Below are positions 29,898 to 41,614 of a stretch of DNA of 64,000 bases, piece by piece. Under the pieces are notes generated by a model. It made no database searches. It was given only the letters and a program-made list of their open reading frames with translations, and was not told the DNA's origin. The stretch comes from Diplonema japonicum (lineage: Eukaryota > Protista > Euglenozoa: Diplonemea): the NCBI GenBank assembly GCA_964019335.1, contig OZ025764.1:1-64000 (forward strand), read 5' to 3'. Numbering within the stretch: the stretch's first letter is position 1; every line of letters starts with the position of its first letter. The translations under genes and the position numbers were made by a program.

Positions 29898-32795
29898 TTA
29901 CAACACCCACTCGGTGCAGCCACCACCGGAAAGGTGCCTTACAGAGGGTTCATAAACCTTGCCCCAAATCCTGAGCGTCTTCACAACAAGACTGCCTGTA
30001 GTAACGCAGAGAGTCATGGCGTCCCCACTTCGCCTCAAGCTCCCCACAAGCGAAGGGAGAAACACAGGAAGCGAGAAATCGCCTTCCTTGTCTGCGGGGG
30101 AGAAGGCCACCACACCAGCGTGCCTGTCGATGTCCTGCCCCGACATCCTCAGCATGGTGTGCCACACGGTCATGTAGTACCCATAGTGCGACGTGATATA
30201 GTTAGAACCAGGGAAGGATGTGTAGTTCCCTCTCATGATACCGCACGCGTTCCACAGGTCGTTGATGCCCTGTGTGAATCGCAAGTAAGGCCGTGACACC
30301 ACTTCCAAAGCATCGTCAACTGTTCCATGGCCGATGGCAAGACGAAGGGAACCGTGGTCCGCAGGCGACATCAGCCACACATCGTCCTCTGCTAGGGTCT
30401 TTCCGACGGTTCTGTTCGCGAGGATCTTCAGCCCGAAGGGATCATAGTTCATCTTCCCCTCTGTGTCTAAATGGCGGCCTAGTCTTGTCGTGTTTACAAG
30501 ATCGCCTAGACCAATGCTGTGTGCGAGGACCTGGGCGTAGAAGCTGTCCGACATGACAGCCTTGCCCCCTGTGTAGGCTATGTATGCGCCAAGGTCGTTG
30601 TCCCACATGATGTTTTCGAGGCTTTCAGTGGCAGCGTCGGCTGCAGTGCTGTACCTCGCGCCGTCGTTGTCGTCCATGAACTCCGCCAGCTTCGCCATCG
30701 CGCGCATGGCCGCAATGTGGAACACTGTTGAGTACGTCGCCGCGTCGTAGTTATTCAGCTCCAATATGTCGTACGTGGTCTGCAGCTTGTACGGCATCGC
30801 GTGGAAGGTCGACACTGTGATTTGCCAATCAGCCGCTTTCTTCGCAATGGGGTACCACTCCCTTACAAAGTTGACGTCGTCGTTCCACCTCAGCAGCTCC
30901 AGCAGGTAGATGATGTACATGGTGCTCACGTCCGACATTTCACGGCCGCAGCCGTGTTCGAATCCGGAGTCTAAACCATAGAAGCAAGCGCATGCTAGCT
31001 GTTCTTGGATCATCCCGTTTGCTTGCTGTGCTGTTCCCCATGCAACGAGCTTTGACTTCGTCGATTCTGGGAACAGCATGATGTACGGGATGTGCCTCTC
31101 CCCGTCGTTGTGCACGCTGTCGATGTTCACGCAGTCGAAGGCCTCCCACTGCCGCCACCTCCCGTCGTGGAACCACATTGCAGACCGAACGTGGTGTAGA
31201 GTCCCGATCAGCGTGTCGCGCATCCACACCGGAAGCGTCGATTTCAGCACGGGGTCTTGGATCGCAGCGATGTCGTGCAGGGTGGGTACCAGGTCGCCGA
31301 TCAGCATTGTCGCCGCATTGTTGGAGTCGGAAACGTACTTCGTGTACTGGTTCCCCAGCATCTGTGAGAGGTAGTTGTGGTTCGGGAAGTAGTACCCCAG
31401 CACGATCGTCACCACCGCCGTCTCCCCAGCAGGGACGTCTGTGCTCACGGACACCGCCCCGTGTCCGCCATCCGTGTTCACGGTCCCGGCAAGCTTCCCC
31501 TCTGCCTCGAACTGTCCCCACAGGTTTTGGAAATCCCCCGTCCCCACCGTTACCTCCCCGCCCGTGGCCTGCAACGTGTAGTTCCCTGCGGTGGGCCCGG
31601 CTACATTCTTGTTGATGGTGATCCCGTTCGGACCTGCGCGGCTCCACCCGCCTCTCGACCCCGAGGCCGTCCCATCTTCGAACCCGTAGAGAGGCGCGTC
31701 TGACTGCATCGTGCACCCCATAGTGTTGTTGTGGTTCCACGTCATGCACTTCGGGTCGTGGTTGCACAGCTGACGGCACACCTCTGCTGAGGCCGCTTGG
31801 GTTGTGTTGTACACGCTACCGTGGCGCTGGGTGTTCTCGTGAAAGGCGGGAAGGTTGAAGAAGGCGGCCACGCTCTGCGTGACAGCGGCATTGTTCTTGA
31901 ACACCATGCTGAAGGCGATGGCTGGGTGGTGACTGCGTGTCATGTTCCCGGACGCCATTCTGCTGTAGCCAAACAACGAGATGTTGACGGAAGGAGCATT
32001 TGCCTGGAGGCGCGTCACAGGGGGCGACCCCCCAAAGGTCAGCGAGTCCACCCCAGGCGTGAACGACTCGCTCGGATGCGTCTGCAGAATCCTCGTCCAT
32101 GTGCTGCCCTGCTGCCTCACAGAGGCACCGAATGCAGCCTTTCTTTGTTTGGAAAGCTTCGCAGAGCCCGCAGGTGAGTTGTTCTCTGTGGTCCAAGCTG
32201 TGAGAGTCCCGTCTCCGCGCAGCTCAACGGTTCCTGCTGCAACCCCTCCCAAAGGAGGTGCTGATCTGATGCCGACAGGCGGCGCTGCGGAGTCCGGGAC
32301 GGGAGGTCGGGACACCGTGCCCCAAGAGAGAGCCGGGTTCGCCTTTTTAGTTATAACCTGGTTTTTTAGGTAGCAGCAAGCTGAGCCTTCCGTGCAGGGT
32401 CCAAGATTAGAAGCTGCCTTCAGGGCAAACACCCAGGCAGCACACGCTGTGTCCGCACAGCAACTCTGCACGCACTGTTCCACAGTGCCCCCCGCAACCT
32501 GCCCACAGTCATTCTTACCCGGGAGGTCGTACCCGCTCTGCACACGGCCTGCTGTGCACTCCATCTCCACAGGGCTTTTGTACACTTGCGGTGTGGAGCC
32601 AACACTGGCCCATGCATAGTCCGTTTTCGTGATATTCTCAGGCTCCAGGTAGTGAGACGGCTGTTCTAACACCGTAATGGTATCCTCGCTTGTCCATACA
32701 CCTTTATTCAGGAAGGTGAGGCTGCCCAGGGCATCGGAGAGGTTGGACGCATCACAAGCGCTTGCTGCGAGCAGTGCTAAGTACACAGCTTTCAT
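29898..32795 (-). CDS. Secreted GH116 (GBA2-like) glycoside hydrolase with two PAN/Apple-like modules
   Basis: Signal peptide MKAVYLALLAA; PLGGVAAGTVELRGDG N-terminal motif; RQWEAFDC..DSVH, QTTYD, SHYGYYM in the catalytic barrel; two C-x3-C-x5-C-x2-W modules. Confidence 0.85.
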   Translation of the reverse strand: MKAVYLALLAASACDASNLSDALGSLTFLNKGVWTSEDTITVLEQPSHYLEPENITKTDYAWASVGSTPQVYKSPVEMECTAGRVQSGYDLPGKNDCGQVAGGTVEQCVQSCCADTACAAWVFALKAASNLGPCTEGSACCYLKNQVITKKANPALSWGTVSRPPVPDSAAPPVGIRSAPPLGGVAAGTVELRGDGTLTAWTTENNSPAGSAKLSKQRKAAFGASVRQQGSTWTRILQTHPSESFTPGVDSLTFGGSPPVTRLQANAPSVNISLFGYSRMASGNMTRSHHPAIAFSMVFKNNAAVTQSVAAFFNLPAFHENTQRHGSVYNTTQAASAEVCRQLCNHDPKCMTWNHNNTMGCTMQSDAPLYGFEDGTASGSRGGWSRAGPNGITINKNVAGPTAGNYTLQATGGEVTVGTGDFQNLWGQFEAEGKLAGTVNTDGGHGAVSVSTDVPAGETAVVTIVLGYYFPNHNYLSQMLGNQYTKYVSDSNNAATMLIGDLVPTLHDIAAIQDPVLKSTLPVWMRDTLIGTLHHVRSAMWFHDGRWRQWEAFDCVNIDSVHNDGERHIPYIMLFPESTKSKLVAWGTAQQANGMIQEQLACACFYGLDSGFEHGCGREMSDVSTMYIIYLLELLRWNDDVNFVREWYPIAKKAADWQITVSTFHAMPYKLQTTYDILELNNYDAATYSTVFHIAAMRAMAKLAEFMDDNDGARYSTAADAATESLENIMWDNDLGAYIAYTGGKAVMSDSFYAQVLAHSIGLGDLVNTTRLGRHLDTEGKMNYDPFGLKILANRTVGKTLAEDDVWLMSPADHGSLRLAIGHGTVDDALEVVSRPYLRFTQGINDLWNACGIMRGNYTSFPGSNYITSHYGYYMTVWHTMLRMSGQDIDRHAGVVAFSPADKEGDFSLPVFLPSLVGSLRRSGDAMTLCVTTGSLVVKTLRIWGKVYEPSVRHLSGGGCTEWVL

Positions 32796-33586
32796 GTTAC
32801 CTGAGCGGAGGAGGGGTGTTTTTACTTTTTTTAAAGTGTGAAACGACAATAAAGCACTTTCTCAGTATGCGTATGAGCTCCTGCGAATGGGACAAAAAAG
32901 AAGGGGGGGGGGGAAAAAAAGGGAGGGAAAGAAATATAATTATGAAGCGAAAAAGAAAGATGTAGTGAAGTGTAATCCCCATGTCGACGTTATCCTCAGC
33001 TCGAGGGGGTCGTGCTTGGAACTAGTCTTTGAAAAACCCGGGTGAGTGTAGTCTAATAGTAAGCCCCCTGACAAATGACTGCATAAACAGCCATCATGCA
33101 GGCTCGTATTTCGGATAAGAGAAAACAATAAATGCCACCTCTCCCAGCTTCACCTTCTCAAGCCCAGTGCTAGCTCCGACACTGTGCCGTGTTCCTGCTC
33201 CCTCGCAGCTGTTTCTGACGTTACCAAAACCGCTAAAACCTGGTTTTGACCTTAAAACTGAATTTTTCACGGTTTCTTCTTTTATATCGGAAAATATAGA
33301 GAATATTTCTTTTTTGAGAGGGTGGCATGCCCACAATATGCAACGAAAGTGTCAATTGGCCTCATTTGGGGGGGAGGGGGGGTTTTCTTTTTGAAATCGA
33401 CCCCATATAAAAAAGCTTTTTTTCCATCGCTCTTCTTAGAAAAGAAAAACTATTTCAACCTATTTCAAAATGAAAGAAAAATTCGATCTTGTAGCATCAA
33501 GGTGACAAATCGAACAACGCTCCAAGTGTACCATAAAGTACAATGGGTGGGGGTTGTTTTGTAATCAAATGACACATTGGAGTGGG

Positions 33587-34150
33587 TTCTAACCTGTGCG
33601 GCACCACATCTCAGACATTGGCGTGCCTGATCCCCGTTTCCTCGCGGTAGAGTGGGGCATCTTTTTCTTTTGCCGAAGCCAAATGCGATGCCGAGCACCG
33701 TCACCCTGACACAGACTTCCCTGAAATGACTCGCTTAGGGAGGTGTCGTTACGCACCTAGACCCGGCCAAAGGCCCCAAGAAAAATTCACTCTGATAGGA
33801 ACGAAGTGGTTAGCAACGGCCCGCAGAAAAAGAAAAAAACTATTCTGTTAACTGAATAGTGCAATATTTCCTAGAGGCGCTCTTGCAACTACCAGTGCCA
33901 AAGCAATGGGCTAAACTCGCACACTGGTGTGAGTTTCAAGGGAGCATTTATCTTACGCCTGTAAGCTAGAGTGCGCATGCATCCCCAGCTCGCTTTGGGA
34001 GGTGTTGCTTCGCGGTCCGACCTGCTGCCCAATTCAAAGCGCGGTTGCGGTGAATCCAAGCCCCCTGTTGCCAGTTCGCCGGATGAGCATACTGCAGGGA
34101 CTTCCACTCATCCGTTGCCCGGTGGGTTACCACGAGGAGGTCAGCAACAA
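33587..34150. repeat. Repeat module C, longest copy
   Basis: Contains the blocks seen at 13198-13347, 14403-14980, 18413-18437, 20007-20032 and 41742-41770. Confidence 0.85.
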
Positions 34151-34227
34151 TTCTATACTTTTGATCGCCTGTTCTACATTTAGAATTGTCTCACCTGTAA
34201 AAAAGAAAAAGAAAATATATGAGTTAA

Positions 34228-34520
34228 AGGAGGCCGGTGTTGGCGGCGCCCTGCACAAGAACTGTCTACTGATTACAGGGGGTGCACCGCAGTTGTAGCT
34301 TCTTCTGCGTTCCGTGTCGTGTCCTTAATGCGTGCGGTGTGCAGCTCAACCCCAGCCAGGGCGTCCCGGGTAACCAAGATTCTGCGCTCGTGCAGTTTGC
34401 TGCCTGTTCGTCACCCTGAGCATCTGTATTACGTTCTTCCACTCGGGCGCTACCGACGAGGAGGTCAACAGCGAACAACATCTGATGTTTTTCTTATATT
34501 TTCATGTTATCCCCACCACC
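34228..34520. repeat. Repeat module B, longest copy
   Basis: Aligns with 8425-8552, 50845-51677 and 52965-53215. Confidence 0.9.
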
Positions 34521-34942
34521 TTAAAAAAGAAGAAAAAAAAAGTTGTCTCGATTTTAGTGCCATGCAGTATGTGACACAGCGGCCGCCACCCTTGTGAAAC
34601 TTCGCCCCGAAGCCTCCCAAGTCCAAGTCCCCTGTGGTCCCGTAGTAAGTAAAAGTGGAGAGGTAAAGAAAGCTTGGAAATTGAAATAGGGAGAGGGGCC
34701 ACAGAAGCAATTAAACACCAACTGGAGAGTATGTTGTGGGAGGCTTGCTTCACTGGCACGATGCTGCGGAGAGGCTACTTGCCTGACCTGGGAGCCACCT
34801 CCTTGTTCGATGTAATGGGATAAGGGACTCTCCGTTGAGGGCGATGCTAACTGGCGCCACGCGTAGGGTGGGCTCTCCAAACCACAATTACCAGGAACCA
34901 CCACAGGGAGGTTGGAAACATTGGTCCCCAAAAAAGAAAAAA

Positions 34943-34987
34943 AAATGGGGCTTTGATTGCAACACTAGGTGGCGTTAAGCGTGCAAT
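34943..34987. repeat. Repeat module E
   Basis: AATGGGGCTTTGATTGCAACACTAGGTGGCGTTAAGCGTGCAA, identical to 52908-52950; variants at ~51273 and ~51521. Confidence 0.85.
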
Positions 34988-35042
34988 AAAAACAAAAAAA
35001 GAGAACCAAACATTTCTTTCTTTTTTCTTTTCTCCCTTTTGT

Positions 35043-37466
35043 TCACTCAGTGCGTGCAATGGTAGCAGACGGGGTGTACTCCATCATAATGCGCCCTTCT
35101 GCGATGTTCGTGACGGACCACGCTTCGAGTTCGGTGGGTTTAACGATGTGAACTAAGGGGCGGACCTTGGGGTTGTCAAGCAACTCGGATAAAGCCTTGC
35201 CAATGTGGTCCACTTTCTGGGCCTCCTCCAGCTGGTACATCCATTCTCCTTCCTGGGAGACAATCGGGGAGCCTGCCGCACTAACGATGAACGGCTTCCC
35301 TCCTAGAATGGTAAGGATCGCAACGCAGTTAACCTCGAACTTACCGGCGATGAACTCAGCGACTGTAGGGGACACAAGAGTGACAGACCGATTCACCTCT
35401 TTAACGACAATGGTACCCACTGCTGAGATGCCCTGTTGCTCTGCCAGCGAGTTACCCTTCAACCCGAACCCTTTGTTCAGACTTGACCCGAGGTTTCCAG
35501 CCACAAATTCCCCATGGGAAACTGCCATGTTGGTTTTACAGTGGCAAGATAGCTTTTTCATATCGGCGATCGCTTTGCAGAATGTGACCGCGCGTGTCAT
35601 GGCTTCAGTGCAGCGCAGCCCGATATTCCATGTTATTGTGAAGACAAGCGGTTCATAAACCGCGAAGCCGTGGACCAGCCCTCGGGTGGCGAGGGCAGCC
35701 TCATGTATCCCTTCGGCAAGTGTTCCGAAAGCTGCAAAGATGTTGTTTTCCGACACAAACGCCAGCCTGACAACGCTGCCCCTGTAGCCTTGCATCTGCA
35801 TTGATAAGTTGTGCGCTGCGACTGCGGCGTTTCTCGACTTACGTGTGCTCAAGCTTTTTTGGGTGCTTTGGCTGTTTTCGCTCACGGCATCCTCTTCATT
35901 TTCAACTTCTTCAGTGTTGTCATTGACGAACAGTGTGTTTGGGAGGTACGCCTTGTACTCCCTAAGACCTTTGATCGCATGCAGCAAGCCGTCCGTCACA
36001 CGCGCCACCTCCTTCACCATGACAGGCTTGTACATTGCGTTCATATGCGTCTCAGCTACGTCCAAGTCCATCGTCTCCAGATACTGATTCCCAACAACAA
36101 GATTCCCCAGCGGGCGGGCGATCAGAATGATTTCGCACAGTGCAATGACGCTGTCCACCATGAAGATGACGACGGAAGCGATGATGAGCTGCACGAGCGC
36201 TGCGTAGACCTTGTCGTTGACGGAGGAGACGGTGCGCATCCAGAGCAGCTCGAACCTCATGGTCGACGCGGTGAAGACGTGCGTCATGCGCAGGAAGTAC
36301 TCCCCGCTTTCCAGCGCCGTGTCCACGTGGTAGTCCTTCTTGTACATCGGGTTGGTCTTGTTCACATCGGACGCCGCGAAGTGCTCCCCGTACCGGATAT
36401 GGGTGCGCATGTTTGTCGATGAAAGGTCAGCAGTGAAGAAGGTCCCATTGGGTCGCACGACCGATGCATTCACAGCTTCAGACACAGTGGACCCCAGGTC
36501 GCTGGGGTGCAGGACGCAGTCCTGTCCCTGTTGCGCACCGCTGCAGCTGAAGCACATTGTGTAGCACTCGAACTTAATAACAGGCCCCTCGTACAGGGTG
36601 TGCGCGTAGACCTGCCCTGCACCGGAGTCTAGCACCACGAGCTCAACATTTGGTGCCTCAAACTCCCTGATGACAGGTGTCCATGCTTGGAAGATGAAGA
36701 ACATGCCCACCACAAGGTCGAAGTCACCCTGCGGCCAGCGCAGCGTGTACCTGATGCGGTACTGTGTGGAGGCATAAGGGGTCCCGTCGATAGCGTTCCA
36801 GAAGTAAGCAGGGGACCACACCCCGGTGGTGGGGATGCCCGCCATGTTCTTCACAAAACCCTCTTGCGAGTCGTATACCTTTTCAGAATTGAGGACCTCC
36901 GGAGCGGGCACACCTGTTTCGTTGTTGAGCGCCGTGAACTGCTTAAAGAACTCCACTTTGGTGCTGTTGACCCTCCTGCCTGAGTATTTACTGCGGACCC
37001 AGTACTTGGCAGGCTCACCGTTGTTGTCAAGGATGGGGTCAAACCAGATGAACTGTCTGGAGTACTCTTCAGAGTCCCAGGGGCAGTTCAGACCTGAGGT
37101 GCAACTAGGGTTGTAGGCTCGTGCGAGGTAGTAGCCACCACCGTTATCGTACAGAGTAGGACGGAGGGAGGCGAAGATGAACGTCCCAAAGATATTCTGG
37201 ATGTGTGGTATGCCCAGCGAGATGTTCATGACGTCCTCCCTGTTGAAGAGCAGGTGGCCTTCCTCCGTCATTGTCTCAACGTCTGACAGCATCCCTGCCA
37301 GGCGGAGCTTCGCGCTGTGGGACGTCGCCGCACTCGTGTCGTCCACCGCCGAGCGGAGCACCGAAATGCTCTCCGCATAGAGTAGAAACCCTGCAAGGAG
37401 GGAGATCGCTGTTGACACTATCGTCGAGATGAAGATTATGACTTTCGAAGGTATGTGTAAGGGCAT
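35043..37466 (-). CDS. Receptor-type pseudo-cyclase, paralog 2 (807 aa)
   Basis: Near-identical to 4078-5617 over its 5' ~1.5 kb; diverged cyclase-like C-terminus retaining TWN, AGNLGS, EWMYQL. Confidence 0.88.
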   Translation of the reverse strand: MPLHIPSKVIIFISTIVSTAISLLAGFLLYAESISVLRSAVDDTSAATSHSAKLRLAGMLSDVETMTEEGHLLFNREDVMNISLGIPHIQNIFGTFIFASLRPTLYDNGGGYYLARAYNPSCTSGLNCPWDSEEYSRQFIWFDPILDNNGEPAKYWVRSKYSGRRVNSTKVEFFKQFTALNNETGVPAPEVLNSEKVYDSQEGFVKNMAGIPTTGVWSPAYFWNAIDGTPYASTQYRIRYTLRWPQGDFDLVVGMFFIFQAWTPVIREFEAPNVELVVLDSGAGQVYAHTLYEGPVIKFECYTMCFSCSGAQQGQDCVLHPSDLGSTVSEAVNASVVRPNGTFFTADLSSTNMRTHIRYGEHFAASDVNKTNPMYKKDYHVDTALESGEYFLRMTHVFTASTMRFELLWMRTVSSVNDKVYAALVQLIIASVVIFMVDSVIALCEIILIARPLGNLVVGNQYLETMDLDVAETHMNAMYKPVMVKEVARVTDGLLHAIKGLREYKAYLPNTLFVNDNTEEVENEEDAVSENSQSTQKSLSTRKSRNAAVAAHNLSMQMQGYRGSVVRLAFVSENNIFAAFGTLAEGIHEAALATRGLVHGFAVYEPLVFTITWNIGLRCTEAMTRAVTFCKAIADMKKLSCHCKTNMAVSHGEFVAGNLGSSLNKGFGLKGNSLAEQQGISAVGTIVVKEVNRSVTLVSPTVAEFIAGKFEVNCVAILTILGGKPFIVSAAGSPIVSQEGEWMYQLEEAQKVDHIGKALSELLDNPKVRPLVHIVKPTELEAWSVTNIAEGRIMMEYTPSATIARTE

Positions 37467-39311
37467 TTTTCCTTTCTTTTTTAGTCGTCCTTGCGGAAAT
37501 TGGGATATTTTGATAAACTAACTTGTCAAAGCAAACTTCAACAAAAAAAAAGAAAAAAAGGAAATAAAAAAAAAAGAAGAAAAAAAAAAACGTGGGAAGA
37601 GGAGGAAGAGGAAGAGGAAGAGGAAAGGAGGATAAATAGTGAGGCGCCTAAACTTTTTTCTTCTTTTTTTTCTTTTTTTTTTCCTTCTGAAATTCCAAGT
37701 GGGGCGATACGGGGGGGGATGTATTTTTTTCATTTTCTTCTAAAAAAAGATTACTCCACACAAAGGCATGCAAGGTTCAGCCTCGTTGAAATCTCTGCAA
37801 ACACCACTTGCCAGCCGCCAAGGATGTGACGGGAAGCCCCTCCTTGTTGGTCAGCGAGTAGCTATTTGTTCCACCTTTTGTCACTAATATTTATTATATT
37901 TTCTGTTTTTTTTTCTTTTTTTTTCGTTCTTTTTCCCCCTGGCATTATATCTCTTCCCACCCTTCCTCTACCTTGATGGAATAAAAAAAAAAAATATAAA
38001 AATAAAACATGATTTTTTTTCGTTTTTCTTTCTTTTTTTTTTTTTTTTCTCTCTCTTTCTTTGGTTTTTTGTTCCCTTTTTCTTTTCTTGTTTCTTTTTC
38101 TCTGTTATTCTTTGGGCGAGGGACAAATGAAGAAACAATGAAGCCTTTAACGGGCCTCACTGTTTAGCCAGATGGTGGGAGAGCAGAAGGTTCGCGGGGC
38201 GGGCAGGGCGGGGGAAAACACGTGATTGATACCATCCACGAGCTGACTCGATAAAACTGTCATCTTTCTTTTTAGGTGCATATGTATAAAAAAGATCTTA
38301 ATAAATATTTTTTTTCTTTTTTTTTTTTTTGGGGGGGCTGTAAGAATCGAGTTATTGTGAGTCAGGAGGGAGGGGAAAGAAGTGAAAAAAAAAGACATTT
38401 AGAAAAAAAGGGGGGGTGATGATAGCGAGGGGGGGGGGGGGGGGGGGGGTGAAACAAAGGGGGTATTTTGTACTATAAACAGCTTTTTGAAATAAAGGGG
38501 GGGGGGGGTGGGGCGAATAATTCTATCCCAAGTGATGTGTTTTTTTTTTCTTTTCCCAAATGTCGTAAAACGGGTTTTTCTCAGTTACGCACCGGGTAGT
38601 TCTGTGAAGTAAGGTGAAGTAAGCACTTTGACGGAGTCGTCCGTTTAGACAGTGCAGCACGGAACCTTGCCACCCCTTGCAGCTTCTCAAGACGAAGAAG
38701 TGCTCAAAGCCGCGTTCCGTAAAGGGATTATTCGACCCCCCCTTTAACACATTTTTTTTTTTTTTTTTTTTTTGCCCGGCTTTTTTGTTCATGAACACAG
38801 GTGCCACACAGTGCGCCCTGAGTTTACTAAATCGGGCCTAAAGCAACTCTCTATAGGTGCTCACAAAGGGAAGATATTTCTACTGCTCGTGGTCCAAAAA
38901 GAATTAAAAAAAAAAAAAAAAAAAAAAAACTAATCTTAGAGTTTAAGACTAGCTCTATTGTGTTTATTTTGATTTTTCCCCCTCTTTTCTACACTTGTGA
39001 CCGAACACAATCTGGACGGGGGGGAAAATGCAAAAATCTGCAGAGAAATGTTTTGAAACAGTGGAAATGTGAGTTAAGGGCAGGAGAAAAAAAAAAAAGA
39101 AAAGGAGGAGTATTTATAAGAATTTGAAGAAGAAAAAACCCATCCATTTTCTTGTTCTCTCCCCCCCGCCCACATCCATTGCAACACTCTCGTTTTTTTT
39201 TATTTATTTTTTTCTTTTCTAACTATCCATGCTATGTTGCCACATGTGAAGGGCCATGCAAAAGGAATAAAATGAAGAAATGAGAAAAAAAAAAACACAA
39301 AAGAAAAGAAC

Positions 39312-39345
<34 letters not shown>

Positions 39346-39489
39346 AACACCCACATATCTCTCAACTTTTTTTTTCTTTTTTTTTTGGAAAGATGTGAGG
39401 TCAAAAAAAAAAAAAGAAAAAAAAGAAGAAAAAACAAAAAAAAGGTCAAGAAAAAAAAAAAAAAAAAAAAAAAAAAAGATCATTTCACC

Positions 39490-39921
39490 TTACTCAAAAG
39501 GCAGAAGAGCTTCATGAATGGCACCAGAAAGGAAATAATTAACACGTTCTGTTGACTGGTCGTCTGCAGCGATAGGCATGGCCACGACTCTGCTTGTCCC
39601 CACTATGCTCCCTACATTGCACTGCACCCTTGTCTGTGTGACCTGCAGCATCTCAAACATGTAACCACTGTAGGGAAGATCAAGAGCGGCACGCACAGTC
39701 CTGGAGTAACACAGCTTGCTCAGCAGCCCGGAGGCACCACGCCACAGCCTCAGCCCTCCAAAGTCATCGTACTGCCCCATCGGGTCCATGACTGGGGCCA
39801 ACGGTGGCATTCTGACCACTTGGCTTGCAAGAGTCGCCTGAACCATTGGTATAGGGGCTGAGTTGTACATCCCAGCAGTGCACGTGTGAAGCACACAGAG
39901 AGCTAGCAGTTGACCACCCAT
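39490..39921 (-). CDS. Small putative secreted protein (143 aa)
   Basis: GC-balanced ORF after a poly(A)-ATG; signal-peptide-like MGGQLLALCVLHTCTAG; no recognised domain. Confidence 0.6.
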   Translation of the reverse strand: MGGQLLALCVLHTCTAGMYNSAPIPMVQATLASQVVRMPPLAPVMDPMGQYDDFGGLRLWRGASGLLSKLCYSRTVRAALDLPYSGYMFEMLQVTQTRVQCNVGSIVGTSRVVAMPIAADDQSTERVNYFLSGAIHEALLPFE

Positions 39922-40544
39922 TTTTTTTTTTGTTTTTTTTTTTTGTTTTTTCGTGCTTCTTTTTTTTTTTTTTTTTGAGAAAAAAAATGAATAAAAAATA
40001 AAATAAAATTTAAAAAAAGACGACAACGAAACGTAAAAAACGAAAAAAAAGAAAGGAAATAGGGGGGGGGGGGGGGGGGAGAGAGGAGGGTAAGGCAACC
40101 TAAAGAAGGAAACAGTTCCAGCCTGAGCTTTATATATATCCCCCCCCCCCCCTAAGGAAAAATATAATTTCTTTTTGTTGGATTCTGGGGGAAATTGTAC
40201 GTTTGATGTGAAACCGTTAACCTGGGGAACTTTTTTGTAATGCTACAGCGGAAGAGCGCCGATAAGAATGCAGGACCAGCACAGTGAGGACACGGACCTC
40301 ACACCAGGGAGCCAGGGAACAAGGACCTCACGGGGGGGATATTTTTTTAAAACCCTGGTTCCAGCAAGAAAAAATAGGGGGGGGAAAGACCCTTACAAAA
40401 AGAAAAGGGGCCGTAGTTGAAGTAGATTAGGGGGGAGAAAATGATAAAAAGGAAACAGGAAAAGAGGGGAGGGAACAGAAAAAAAAAAAAAAATGGCAAA
40501 ACACCCACAAAGAAGACGCAATCCCTTTTTTTTTTTTTTTTTTT

Positions 40545-40835
40545 TAAATTTAATTCTGAGCAGCTCTCTTAAAGAATTTAGGCTAAGAAAAAATAAAATC
40601 AGGTTTCACTTTAGTTCACGCTCGGGTTCGTCCTGCTGAGCGTGAAAACCGAAGGTAAGGGCATCAGCCTCGAGAAAGAGGCGAAAAAGTGGTGGAAGTC
40701 TTGCTTCCAACGGCAAGCAAAATGGCCTACAGGAAGGTGGGAGAGCTTTTGTACCCTACCACTCGCTCAAACCAGAGAAAAACACTTTCTGTCCTGGTTT
40801 TGGCATTATGGAAAGATCAAGACAACAAAAAAGTA
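40545..40835 (+). mobile_element. Second, inverted partial copy of the Crypton-like remnant
   Basis: Reverse complement of ~2300-2630 with deletions; continues into ..EKHFLSWFWHY.. Confidence 0.6.
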
Positions 40836-41581
40836 AAGTAGAAAAGCTCCAGGCGTTTGCAAAAAGAAAAAGCGCTCTGCTCCCCCCCCCTTATTTTTCT
40901 TTTTGATTACACACACAGGTACATTTCCTTAGATGAACTGTACCTAAGCATGTTAGTGACCTTCCCCATATACTTGTTCTTTAGCAAAAAAAAAAGAAGA
41001 AAAAAAAAAGAATGTTTTTTTTTTTTTCCCCTTTTTCCCCCCCTTTTTTTTTCTTCCTTTTTCGTAGAGTTTTCTGAACAAAATAGAATATTGCTGAAAC
41101 AAAAAAAGGGGGGGGGGAGGGAGAGAGAGAGAGAGGGTCTGTTTCTCTTTTCTTTTTTTCCATTATTTTCGATATTTTCTTTGACTCCTTCTTTTTTCTT
41201 TTTTTTTTTTTTAAATGTCCCTAGGGGGGAGATAAGGGGGCGAAAAGCAAGTTAAAAAAGAGAGGAAAAAAAAGGGTATAATTTTTAACTTTGTTTTTCT
41301 CCATCTTAATAAATCCCAGCTGGGGAGGGGGGGATGGGATGAATAAAAAATTCACCCCATCAAAAAAAAAAAAAAAAAAAAAAAAGAAGGAGGAACAGAA
41401 AAGTTATTTAAAGCCATATGGGTTTTATCATCAAATTCTTGCGATCCTTATTCTTTTTTTCTTCTTCTTTTTTTTTTTCATTTTTTTCTTTTTTTTTTTT
41501 TTTTGCTTAGACTCTTCCTACAACGATAGGTATGAAGAGAGGGGAAAGGTGAATAATATAAGGGAAAAAAAAAATATGATG

Positions 41582-41614
<33 letters not shown>

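Noticed and set aside
33530-33545. Additional SL relics (short AAAGTACA matches here and at ~29685)
   Set aside because: Matches of about 10 nt are expected by chance.
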